Position numbers and translations under genes: made by a program
Assembly (NCBI GenBank): GCA_040349255.1
Contig: JBEQUE010000010.1
Span: forward strand, 68,216-132,215
Source: Acidobacteriota bacterium
Lineage (GTDB): Bacteria; Acidobacteriota; Thermoanaerobaculia; Multivoradales; UBA5704
Length of the DNA stretch: 64,000 nt
Direction of reading: 5' to 3'
In this document: piece by piece, positions 33,744 to 44,226 of the stretch
How positions within the stretch are numbered: position 1 is the stretch's first letter
Layout of the letters: every line of letters begins with the position of its first letter
The notes under the pieces: generated by a model
What the model was told of the DNA's origin: nothing
Databases searched by the model: none
Seen by the model: the letters and a program-made list of their open reading frames with translations, nothing else

Positions 33744-34138
33744 GAGGACTCCAGCACCAGGGACGGCGGCGGCTCGCTCCGAACGACCGGGTAAAAATAA
33801 GTGCCGTCCTGCGTTGCCCTCAGGGCGCTCAGCTCGAAAAAGAACGTGCGGATTTCGCTGGAAGGATCGTTCTGCAGACCGAGCTCGACCCAGGTCTCTC
33901 CCGTCTGCACGCCCGTGATGACACTCGGCTGCGGCACGCTGTTTTGCCCGCTCGAATCCACCCATTGAATGCTTGCATCTCCCGTGAATTCGCTAGGCAG
34001 GTTGATCTTCACCAGATGAGGACCCGGTTCAAAGATCAGGGAAGTGCCCGAAGCAGTGACGCCCGTGACTGCGGGGTCCACCGTGAACTCAATCCGGTCG
34101 CCATTGTTCACCATCTGCGAATGGGCCTGAGCTGACAT
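33740..34138 (-). CDS. Small unassigned protein (132 aa) sharing a C-terminal module with 42119..43129 and 43165..44226
   Basis: Strong GGAGG RBS before ATG 34138. No signal peptide. Predicted beta-rich. C-terminus FFFELSALRATQDGTYFYPVVRSEPPP aligns with F(T/E)LATDAGTWDPTIINNG(D/E)xNP of the two larger proteins. Its stop shares the tetranucleotide CTAG with the kinase stop. Confidence 0.65.
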   Translation of the reverse strand: MSAQAHSQMVNNGDRIEFTVDPAVTGVTASGTSLIFEPGPHLVKINLPSEFTGDASIQWVDSSGQNSVPQPSVITGVQTGETWVELGLQNDPSSEIRTFFFELSALRATQDGTYFYPVVRSEPPPSLVLESS

Positions 34139-34366
34139 TTATCCCTCCTCTTGAGTGCACTCAGCGGGTGAGGCGAGAGATGACAGAGACCTTGAACGGG
34201 CTGTCCAAGCCTCGTAGTCAGTGCAACTCGGGTTTGATGACTCAGTGGACTGAGGCCCGGGTTTGTTTCACCTCTTCGGGACGGCTGGGATCAAAGACGA
34301 TCGGCAGGCCGCTGCAAGGTGCCCGGGGGGGCGAGGAGATATGATGGAGCCTGAAAGGAGCCTCCC

Positions 34367-34870
34367 ATGCTGACGGCGAAACCCTGGCGAACGGCAGGAC
34401 TCATCCTCCTCGGGCTGGCGGCGGCCTGCACCCGGTCGTCGGTGCCGCTCGACGTGCCGAAGCTGGAGGACGTGGAAACCGTCTACATTTCCAGGAATCA
34501 AGACTCGAAGGTGGTCTGGAGGTACGAGCTCCGGGACCGCGCCCGGATCGCGGCCATCCTGGACCACCTCGACAACCACAACCCGGACGAGTACCGCATC
34601 GAGACCAACCTCTACGCCAAGTGGGTCAACCCGCGCCTGCCCGAGTACGAGTACGACTTCATGTTCCTGAGCCCGGTGCACGTCCTGCTGGGAGTCACGA
34701 TCGGCCCCGACTGGCTGGGAGGCGAGGACGACCTCGAGAGATTCCCGGATCAGGGGCGGCTCAACCTCTACCGCCGCCGGCCGCTCAGCGCCGCGGAACG
34801 CGCGACTCTCGTCTCTCTCCTCGAGATCCGGTCGGGAGACGAGAACATGCTCGCCAGGAACAGGGACTGA
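34367..34870 (+). CDS. Hypothetical lipoprotein
   Basis: Signal plus lipobox LILLGLAAAC. AAAGGAG RBS. No family recognised. Confidence 0.6.
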   Translation: MLTAKPWRTAGLILLGLAAACTRSSVPLDVPKLEDVETVYISRNQDSKVVWRYELRDRARIAAILDHLDNHNPDEYRIETNLYAKWVNPRLPEYEYDFMFLSPVHVLLGVTIGPDWLGGEDDLERFPDQGRLNLYRRRPLSAAERATLVSLLEIRSGDENMLARNRD

Positions 34871-34882
34871 CGGCGCCGCGAA

Positions 34883-35100
34883 GGGGATGACCCGCTCCCC
34901 GACCGTGGCACCGTGCCACGCGCGGGGCCGCCGCGCCACAGCCGGGGATGACCTTCTCCCCGACCGTGGCGCCGCGCCACACGCGGGGATGACTCGCTCC
35001 CCGACCGTGGCGCCGTGCCACGCGCGGGGCCGCCGCGCCACAGCCGGGGATGACCCGCTCCCCGACCGTGGCGCCGCGCCACGCGGCGTGGCGGCACAGC
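34883..35100. repeat. Tandem repeat: alternating 61-bp and 41-bp units (102-bp super-unit, about two copies) with embedded 7-1-7 palindromes
   Basis: Units start with GGGGATGAC at 34883, 34944, 34985 and 35046. Each carries GTGGC(A/G)C-C-G(T/C)GCCAC. The array is intergenic, between the lipoprotein gene and the DUF433 gene. Confidence 0.85.
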
Positions 35101-35162
35101 CCCGTTCGCCCGCGCCTCGGGACCTGTTTCAGCGATGGGCTGCCAAGGGCTAGAATAGCCGC

Positions 35163-35396
35163 ATGGGAGAGCCTTGGATCGTCACGAAGCCTGGAGTCTT
35201 GGGAGGAAAGCCCTGCATTCGCGGGACCCGCATCAGTGTGGAGCTTGTCCTGGAGCTCCTGGCGAGCGGCGCATCTCGGGAGGACATCCTTCGTGCCTAC
35301 CCGCATGTTCCGGCCGAAGGGCTCGCCGCAGCCATTCAGTACGCCGCGGAATCGATGAAAAATGAGGTGGTCTGGGACTTCCAGATCTCCGCATGA
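35163..35396 (+). CDS. DUF433-domain protein (putative antitoxin)
   Basis: PGVLGGKPCIRGTRISVELVLELLASGASREDILRAYPHV is the DUF433 signature. 4-nt overlap with the downstream gene. Confidence 0.75.
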   Translation: MGEPWIVTKPGVLGGKPCIRGTRISVELVLELLASGASREDILRAYPHVPAEGLAAAIQYAAESMKNEVVWDFQISA

Positions 35397-35593
35397 AGGC
35401 TCTGGACTTTCCTCTGCTGACGGACGAGAACATTCAGGCGGAGATCGTTCAGGATCTCCTCGAAAGCGGAAAGCAGGTCAGGACGGTCTGGGACGAGGCG
35501 CTTGACAGCCGCGACGACGCCGAGATCCTCCAGCATGCCCATGTGCGTGGATGGGTGGTTCTGACCCAGAACCGGTCCAGCGCTGCTCTCTGA
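35393..35593 (+). pseudogene. Truncated DUF5615 (PIN-like, Mut7-C-type) putative toxin gene
   Basis: MKALDFPLLTDENIQAEIVQDLLESGKQVRTVWDE...DDAEILQHAHVRGWVVLTQN matches the first two-thirds of DUF5615 proteins. It then ends early (RSSAAL-stop), where homologs continue with a D.DF...-type segment (recollection). Confidence 0.5.
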
Positions 35594-35649
35594 AGAAGGG
35601 GGCGCCTCCAGCCCCGGCGGTTCGGGAGCTGGAGGCGGGTCGGGGCCGC

Positions 35650-36279
35650 TTACAGGTCGGCGGCCTTGAGGCTGGCGGTGAGCTGCTGGATGCAGGGCTT
35701 CATGACCTTGTCGAACATGCGGTCGTCGTCCACACCGCCGCCGAAGCCGCCGACGCTGACCTTCACGCTGCTCTCCTCGGCCGAGGCCTCGTCCGCCCAG
35801 ACCACCTCTCCCGTCGAGGTGTCGATCAGGCGGGCGTTGAGCGCCGCCACGAAGTTGCGCTTGCCGGCCGAGAAGCCCGGCAGACGGCCGATGCCCGAGC
35901 CGTGCGCACCCTTGTCCGTGATGCCGTACTCGGTGACAGCGCCGGTCAGCAGGTAGTTCACGCCCAGCAGCTTGCCGACCTTCACCGCGGTGGCCGGATC
36001 CACGTCGCCGGACAGGCTGAGGTTCTTCTCCTGCATCAGGGCCTGGAGCTGCTCGCGCTCCACCACGCGGAACTTGCCGCTCTTCACCAGCTCGGTCACG
36101 AACACGTCCTGGGCGGCCTCGGCGCCGCCGTGCCACCACCACTGGTTGTCGGCCTTGTTCTTGAACTCCAGCACCGCGATGCGGGGCTTGGTCGACTTGT
36201 CCGCCGCGGCGGCCGTCATGGTGACCGCGAGGACGCAGAGCAGGCAGGCGCAAAGGGCGAGAGACACGATCCGCTTCAT
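35650..36279 (-). CDS. CsgG/HfaB-family outer-membrane lipoprotein (curli-type secretion channel family)
   Basis: Signal and Cys-containing N-terminus. IAVLEFKNKAD..., FVTELVKSGKFRVVEREQLQALMQEKNLSLSG and YLLTGAVTEYG are CsgG-family blocks. Confidence 0.8.
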   Translation of the reverse strand: MKRIVSLALCACLLCVLAVTMTAAAADKSTKPRIAVLEFKNKADNQWWWHGGAEAAQDVFVTELVKSGKFRVVEREQLQALMQEKNLSLSGDVDPATAVKVGKLLGVNYLLTGAVTEYGITDKGAHGSGIGRLPGFSAGKRNFVAALNARLIDTSTGEVVWADEASAEESSVKVSVGGFGGGVDDDRMFDKVMKPCIQQLTASLKAADL

Positions 36280-36326
36280 GGTTTTCTTCTCCTTACAACC
36301 GGTTCAGTCAAAATCAGTCCACCATT

Positions 36327-38627
<2,301 letters not shown>

Positions 38628-38665
38628 GATGGGCGCGATCTTATGCCATGCCATAGGATGCGGCC

Positions 38666-39373
38666 ATGATCGTCGCGGACGACCCGGACGGCGGGGACCG
38701 GCTCCTCCTGATCACCCAGCCCGACCACGCACACTTCTCGGCGGAGCTGATCTCGCTGTTCCGCACCGGCGGCCTGCCCGGGCATCCGCTCCGGACCGAG
38801 CTGCTGTTCGCGGTCCGCGAGCACGACAACGGCTGGCGCGAGACCGACGCCGCGCCGCGCTGGAATCCCGAGACCGGCAGGCCGCACGACTTCCTGACCC
38901 TGCCGCGCGAGGACCGGATCGAGCTCTGGCAGCGCGGGACGGCCCGATACTCAGCCGAGCACCCGTACGCCGCGCTCCTCATCACCCGCCACGCGATCCA
39001 GCTCCACCAGGGCCGGCGCGGCCAGGACGGCTGGCAGCCGTTCCTGGACTACCTGGACGAGCTGCACCGCGGCCTGGCCGAGGAGGCCGGGACGCCTGAC
39101 GAGGAAGAGGACTACCGCTGGCTCGACCTCGCGGACCTCCTCTCGCTCGGCATCTGCAACCGCTGGCGCGAGCCGTTCGGGCGGTACGGCTTCCAGGCTC
39201 AAATCCTCGACGGCACGCTCCACCTCGACCCGTTCCCGCTCGCCGGGTCCACCGCGTTCCGCATCCCGTGCCGCCGCATCCCCCGCCTGGCGTATCGCGG
39301 CGACGCGGACCTCGGCGGCGAGCTCGCCGGCGCGCGCTGGGAGGAGCTGCCGGTGAGGGTGGCGCCCCTCTAG
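38666..39373 (+). CDS. Hypothetical protein, DUF3891-like
   Basis: [20 protein letters not shown]...REHDNGW resembles the DUF3891 opening (recollection, weak). Coding-like composition. Confidence 0.55.
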   Translation: MIVADDPDGGDRLLLITQPDHAHFSAELISLFRTGGLPGHPLRTELLFAVREHDNGWRETDAAPRWNPETGRPHDFLTLPREDRIELWQRGTARYSAEHPYAALLITRHAIQLHQGRRGQDGWQPFLDYLDELHRGLAEEAGTPDEEEDYRWLDLADLLSLGICNRWREPFGRYGFQAQILDGTLHLDPFPLAGSTAFRIPCRRIPRLAYRGDADLGGELAGARWEELPVRVAPL

Positions 39374-39834
39374 CCAGGCACCTTCAGCTTGTCCTGGTCG
39401 ATCGTCATGACGATCTGCTCGAACACCCGCCGGTAGAGCAGCAGCAGGTCGGCAAAGATCCGGGTGAACGCCTGGTCGGTCGGCTCGGTGAGCAGGGAGT
39501 TGCCGAGGAAGAGCGGCGGGATGAGCAGCGGCTCCTCCGGCAGCCCGAGGCCGAGGAACTCCCCGGGTCTCAGCCCCTCCTTCGCCGGGTCCCGGGAGAG
39601 GTCGGCGGCGCGCCGGTCGACCAGGTAGAGCGTGTAGAAGAACTCGAACTGCCCGACCTCCAGGACCCCCAGGACCTTCTCCAGGGAGTCGAGCTTGGGC
39701 AGCTCCTTGCCGTTCTCATACTTCGAGAGCTGGCTCTTGCCGATCCCCGCCTCGCGCGCCACCTGAGCCTGGCTCTTCCCCCTCAGCTCGCGCAGGAGAC
39801 CGAGGGTCCTCCCCAGATTCACAAACATTCCCAT
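39370..39834 (-). CDS. XRE-family HTH transcriptional regulator with C-terminal extension
   Basis: LGLLRELRGKSQAQVAREAGIGKSQLSKYENGKELPKLDSLEKVLGVL is a Cro/C1-type HTH. Start at ATG 39834 or 39828. Confidence 0.7.
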   Translation of the reverse strand: MGMFVNLGRTLGLLRELRGKSQAQVAREAGIGKSQLSKYENGKELPKLDSLEKVLGVLEVGQFEFFYTLYLVDRRAADLSRDPAKEGLRPGEFLGLGLPEEPLLIPPLFLGNSLLTEPTDQAFTRIFADLLLLYRRVFEQIVMTIDQDKLKVPG

Positions 39835-40095
39835 GCGGGAAATGTATCGGGCTGGCGGACGGTCGCGCAAGCCTAAGTTCTTCTTTCCATGATACTTACG
39901 GCGCAAGCTCCGGAGACGAAAGGTCCACTTCTGGCGGTTGGTGAATACGGGGATACGGGGGCTGGCTCTCGGGACACCGGACTACCATACCGGATTCGGC
40001 TATCCCGAGAAAAGTTGCAACGCCCAGGGAAAACCGGTTCCGCCGGTCCGGTGCCTTCCGGCCCGAAGAGTTCCCGGAAGAGAATACCCGGCCCC

Positions 40096-40587
40096 TCAGC
40101 TCTTCTTTCTTCTGCGCTTCGCGGGAGCCTTCGGCGGAAGCTCCTGCGAAGCCGGCTCGTCGGGCTGGGCCTCCGGAGCGCTTTTCGGCACCACGCGGAA
40201 GAGGATCACCCACTCGCCCATCTCGAACGCTCCCTGGGCGACCGGCCGCGGCTGGAGGAGGTTCCCGTGCACGAACGACTCCACCTTCTCGAAGACCGCC
40301 TGGATCTCCTCCGGCCATCGCCCGGCCGTGTCCTGCGATCCGGCGCGCCGGTTGGCCAGCATCTCCGCCTCGACCTGCTCGTAGCGCCGGAAGAACTCGC
40401 GCCGGGTCAGTCCCTGCGAGGTCAGGATCTTGTCGAGCGTGCCGAGGGTTGCGGCCTGATGGCTGTTCTCGATGCGGGAGAGCTGGCCGCGGCCGAGACC
40501 GGCCTCGCGCCCGAGCTTCTCCAGCGTCTTGCCTTTCTCCTTCCGGATGCGGCGGAGAGTCTCGCCCACGTACTCGAAGTGATCCAC
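40096..40587 (-). CDS. XRE-family HTH transcriptional regulator with basic C-terminal tail
   Basis: LRRIRKEKGKTLEKLGREAGLGRGQLSRIENSHQAATLGTLDKIL is an HTH. GTG start. Lys/Arg-rich tail (KRRRKKS). Confidence 0.7.
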   Translation of the reverse strand: MDHFEYVGETLRRIRKEKGKTLEKLGREAGLGRGQLSRIENSHQAATLGTLDKILTSQGLTRREFFRRYEQVEAEMLANRRAGSQDTAGRWPEEIQAVFEKVESFVHGNLLQPRPVAQGAFEMGEWVILFRVVPKSAPEAQPDEPASQELPPKAPAKRRRKKS

Positions 40588-40832
40588 GGCCGGAATCTAT
40601 CCCCAGGCGCCGCGTTTATCAAGCGTAAGTCCTTTCTCTGGAGCCGCTTACGCCATTCATTCATGTTGCCTTCTCCGGTGAGTTGTTTTCGCAGCCCGTG
40701 ACCGGGTGGCGGGAGGCCGGCACTGTTTCGCGTCAAAGTTTCCGAAGTCGGGTCAGAGGTGGCATTCCATGGGCCTCGAACGGCGGTTCGAGGTTTGCCC
40801 ATCCCCTTGCCCTTGCGCTAACCTCTTTTTTC

Positions 40833-41387
40833 ATGCCCGCGATCCAGGAGGGAAGCGCCGGCCCGGCGCTGGATTCCGCGCCGCAACCCTTGCGGGTGCT
40901 GCTGCCCTCGCCCATCGGGCCGCTCGGCGTGGAGCTGCTCGGAACCGCGGTGGTCCGCCTCCGGATCGACCCTCCGAAGGAGGAGCGCTCCGCCTTCACG
41001 CCCTTCCACAAGGTCGGCGGCTCGGACGCCCTGGACGAGATCTTCGGCCACCTCTCCGAATACTTCGCCGGCGCCCGCCGGAAGCTGGACGTCGAGTACG
41101 ACCTCGGGCCCTGCGGCGTGAGCGGCCTGGCGAAGCGGGTGCTCAAGGAGGCGGCCAAGATCCCCTACGGCCGCACCCGCACCCATCAGGCGATCGCGGA
41201 GGCGCTCGGCCGTCCCGACGACTACCGGCTGGTCCTCTCCGCCCTGCTCGAGAACCCGATCCCGATCCTCGTCCCCTGCCATCGCGTCGTGCCCGCCAAG
41301 GGCGTCGGCAGCTACATCGGCGGCGCGGACCGGAAGCGCTGGCTGCTCGACATGGAGAGCCGTCCGCTGGACGACGAGCCTCTGTGA
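40833..41387 (+). CDS. ogt: Methylated-DNA--protein-cysteine methyltransferase
   Basis: KIPYGRTRTHQAIAEALGRP...NPIPILVPCHRVV contains the PCHRV active site. ATG 40833 lies within ORF 40683..41387. Confidence 0.8.
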   Translation: MPAIQEGSAGPALDSAPQPLRVLLPSPIGPLGVELLGTAVVRLRIDPPKEERSAFTPFHKVGGSDALDEIFGHLSEYFAGARRKLDVEYDLGPCGVSGLAKRVLKEAAKIPYGRTRTHQAIAEALGRPDDYRLVLSALLENPIPILVPCHRVVPAKGVGSYIGGADRKRWLLDMESRPLDDEPL

Positions 41388-41458
41388 AGTAAAATCCCTC
41401 CGACTCTCACATACCTATTGACGGAGCGGGACCCTTCGGGGTCCAGGGGGAAGCTTGC

Positions 41459-42082
41459 ATGGCCGAGGAGACCGAAGGGAAGAGGAGCTTCGAGACGTGG
41501 TGCGGCCTGGTGATCGCGGTGTTCGCGGCGGTGCTCGCGATCACCGACCTGGGCGCCGGGAAGTACGGCGACGACGAGCTGATCGCCCACAACGAGAAGG
41601 GCGGGGCCTATCTCTGGTATCAGTCGAAGGGGATCAAGGAGACCCTGGTCGAAGGCCAGCGCGACACCCTGAAGGCGCTGATCGAGGCCGGCTCGATCAA
41701 GCCCGAGCAGCTCCCGGCCATCGAGAAGATGGTTGCGTCGCTGGATGCGGACGCCGCGCGCTACGGCAAGGAGAAGAAGGAGATCCTGCTGGGCTCGAAG
41801 GCGGTGGGGCAGGAGAACTGGGCCCAGGACGTGGGCGGCGAGATGGGCAAGGTGATCGGGGCCCAGGAGTGGCAGGCGAAGGCCAGCGCCCTGGGCGACG
41901 CCGGCGACGTCTTCGACTACTCGACGTTCTTCCTCCAGGTCTGCCTGGTGATGGGCGCGATGAGCCTGATCCTCCAGGACGCGAAGCTCGGCCGGTCGTT
42001 CTTCACGGCCATGGTCGTCCTGGGGCTCGTCGGCACCGGTTTCGCGGTCCTGGCGTTCCTGCAGGCGGGCGGGGTGGGGTGA
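41459..42082 (+). CDS. DUF4337-like membrane protein
   Basis: One N-terminal and two C-terminal TM helices flank a helical soluble region. The overall layout recalls DUF4337 (recollection). Confidence 0.55.
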   Translation: MAEETEGKRSFETWCGLVIAVFAAVLAITDLGAGKYGDDELIAHNEKGGAYLWYQSKGIKETLVEGQRDTLKALIEAGSIKPEQLPAIEKMVASLDADAARYGKEKKEILLGSKAVGQENWAQDVGGEMGKVIGAQEWQAKASALGDAGDVFDYSTFFLQVCLVMGAMSLILQDAKLGRSFFTAMVVLGLVGTGFAVLAFLQAGGVG

Positions 42083-42118
42083 CCGACCTATCGACGACCG
42101 GATAGAAAGGAGACGGCG

Positions 42119-43129
42119 ATGACGCCCAGCTTCCAAACAAACTTGTTCGGCACGACCACGCCGGGCACCTGGTTGACATGCCTGGCCTTCACCATTCCAC
42201 CCTCCATGACAAACACCAGCAGTGCAATCAGCATCAGCCTTCCTGGTGGAGTGCCCCTTCAATCGATCGACATCCCCGGTGGAATGAATTGGGATTCGAA
42301 TATGACGACGTTGACGATCCCATCGACTTTCACTGCTCCCAACTCGACGGTGTCGCTCACCCTGTCCAACGGCGCCACGGCGACCTTCTCGGTCTTCCTG
42401 GCGGGCTCCCCCCAGGATGGAATAATGTCCAGCCTCGAGGTGAACAGCAGCGGCTGGATGATGGTGACATCGACCGGTCAAGGCGTCTCCTTCAAAGGGT
42501 TCACGCCCTTGATCCAATCGATTCCTGAAAACGGATACGTAAACCTTCAGGATCCGGTGTTCCTCATTCCGAACGTAACCGGAGCCGACTTCAGCTTCAT
42601 GGTCGCGGGCGACGTCACGGTCAGCGATCCGGATGCTGTAGCGATCTTGATCGAAGACTCCGTAAATTTTGTCACCATCCTGGAAACGCTGGGGCGGGGA
42701 GCAATCGTGACGATCACCAGCTCGATCGAGACGATAATCGGCACCTTCACCGTTCAAAGGCTCAGCGACACCACCATCCCCTCCGGAGGTCAAAGCGTCC
42801 TCGTGCTCCAACCGAATGGCAGCTTCGTCGTAGCCAGCCTCGCCGCGGACGCATCCCTGCGCGGAAACAACGTTCAGTTCAACACCATTGGCGCAGCCGA
42901 TTTCATATTCACCATTGCCACCGACAATTTGAGCTACGCCAGCCCGCCCGTCTCGTTCGAGAATACCATCAGCCCATCATCCACGACCTTTGGATCCAAC
43001 TCTTCCGCGCCCGGTTCCGTCGAGATCACGGATTCGGGGACCGCGGGAGCTCAAACCGGTTTCACACTCGCGACAGACGCCGGGACCTGGGATCCGACGA
43101 TCATCAACAACGGAGATATGAACCCCTGA
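42119..43129 (+). CDS. Unassigned Ser/Thr-rich protein, tandem paralog A (336 aa)
   Basis: AAGGAGAC RBS then ATGACG. No signal peptide. Visibly lower G+C than flanks. Paralogous along its full length to 43165..44226. C-terminus LATDAGTWDPTIINNGDMNP. Confidence 0.7.
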   Translation: MTPSFQTNLFGTTTPGTWLTCLAFTIPPSMTNTSSAISISLPGGVPLQSIDIPGGMNWDSNMTTLTIPSTFTAPNSTVSLTLSNGATATFSVFLAGSPQDGIMSSLEVNSSGWMMVTSTGQGVSFKGFTPLIQSIPENGYVNLQDPVFLIPNVTGADFSFMVAGDVTVSDPDAVAILIEDSVNFVTILETLGRGAIVTITSSIETIIGTFTVQRLSDTTIPSGGQSVLVLQPNGSFVVASLAADASLRGNNVQFNTIGAADFIFTIATDNLSYASPPVSFENTISPSSTTFGSNSSAPGSVEITDSGTAGAQTGFTLATDAGTWDPTIINNGDMNP

Positions 43130-43164
43130 GGGCCTAGACGACCGAACGGAACAAGGAGACAGCG

Positions 43165-44226
43165 ATGACGGCGACTTTTGAAACAGGCTTATTCGGAACG
43201 ACAGAGACCGGGGCCTTTGTCAAATGCCTGGCCTTCACTCTTCCACAGGCCGCGTCCAACACCAGCCATACTATCAGTATCAGCTCGCCCATCGGCGTGA
43301 GTGTCAGCATCGACAGTCTACCCAATGGGATGAGTTGGAATTCGAGTACACAGACGCTGACCATTTTGCCGACGTTCACCGACTCCGGCTCGAGACTGGA
43401 GCTGGACCTGTCCAACGACGCCGATGCGTTCTTCACCGTGTTCTTGTCGAGCTCCACTCAGAACGGCGTGGCGTCCAGCCTTGAGGTGAATGCCATCGGC
43501 TTGATGAAGGTGACTTCGGTCGGTACAGGAGTTACCTTCAAAGGATTCAATCCTTCGATCACATCCATCCCTGAAAACGCCGGAGTACTTCTCAAGGACA
43601 CGCTGTTTCTGATCCCCGAGGTGACCGGGACGACGGATTTCAGCTTCCTCGTCGATAACCTTACCAGCGAGGGATCGATAACCATTACCTCCACCAGCTC
43701 TGGGATCTCGGTGAGCAATTCCTCGCGCACCGTGACGGCTCAGAGCAGCCTCGCACCGGGAGACACTGCTACGATAACGGTCACGTATACCCAGCAGTCC
43801 GACTTAATAACCGGCACCTTCACCATCCAGAGGATCAACACCTCTTCGCCACCATCCGACGGTGGTCAAAGCAGTCTCGACGTCGGCCCCACCGATGGTT
43901 TCTTCGCTGTGAGGGCCATCGCATCGAACGCCCAATTGCGCGGAAACGATATTCAATATTTCACACCTCCCCCTGCCGAGTGCAACTTCCTGTTCCATAT
44001 CGCCACCGAAAATCTGAACTATGCCAGCCAGCCTGTCATACTCGTGGACACCATCAGCACATCATCCACGACCTTCACGCCCCATGTCCCGGCGACCGGT
44101 ACGGTCGAGATCATGGATTCGGGAACCTCCCTCGCACAAACCCGTTTCGAGCTCGCGACGGACGCAGGGACCTGGGATCCGACGATCATCAACAATGGAG
44201 AGCCGAATCCTATCCGGCTTTTCTAA
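43165..44226 (+). CDS. Unassigned Ser/Thr-rich protein, tandem paralog B (353 aa)
   Basis: Same RBS and ATGACG context as paralog A. Shared blocks LFGTT..G....CLAFT.P, SSLEVN, FKGF.P.I.SIPEN, FLIP.VTG.DFSF, GTFT.QR and LATDAGTWDPTIINNGEPNP. Its 3' end overlaps the convergent kinase gene by 17 nt. Confidence 0.7.
   Translation: MTATFETGLFGTTETGAFVKCLAFTLPQAASNTSHTISISSPIGVSVSIDSLPNGMSWNSSTQTLTILPTFTDSGSRLELDLSNDADAFFTVFLSSSTQNGVASSLEVNAIGLMKVTSVGTGVTFKGFNPSITSIPENAGVLLKDTLFLIPEVTGTTDFSFLVDNLTSEGSITITSTSSGISVSNSSRTVTAQSSLAPGDTATITVTYTQQSDLITGTFTIQRINTSSPPSDGGQSSLDVGPTDGFFAVRAIASNAQLRGNDIQYFTPPPAECNFLFHIATENLNYASQPVILVDTISTSSTTFTPHVPATGTVEIMDSGTSLAQTRFELATDAGTWDPTIINNGEPNPIRLF

Noticed and set aside
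34887-35153. 88-aa ORF with a perfectly repeated 34-aa peptide (GMTRSPTVAPCHARGRRATAGDD.LPDRGAAP)
   Set aside because: It coincides with the 102-bp DNA super-repeat. It has Arg/Ala/Pro/Gly composition and no RBS. ORFs of similar quality exist on the opposite strand (34768..35097, 34785..35306), which is typical of non-coding repeats.
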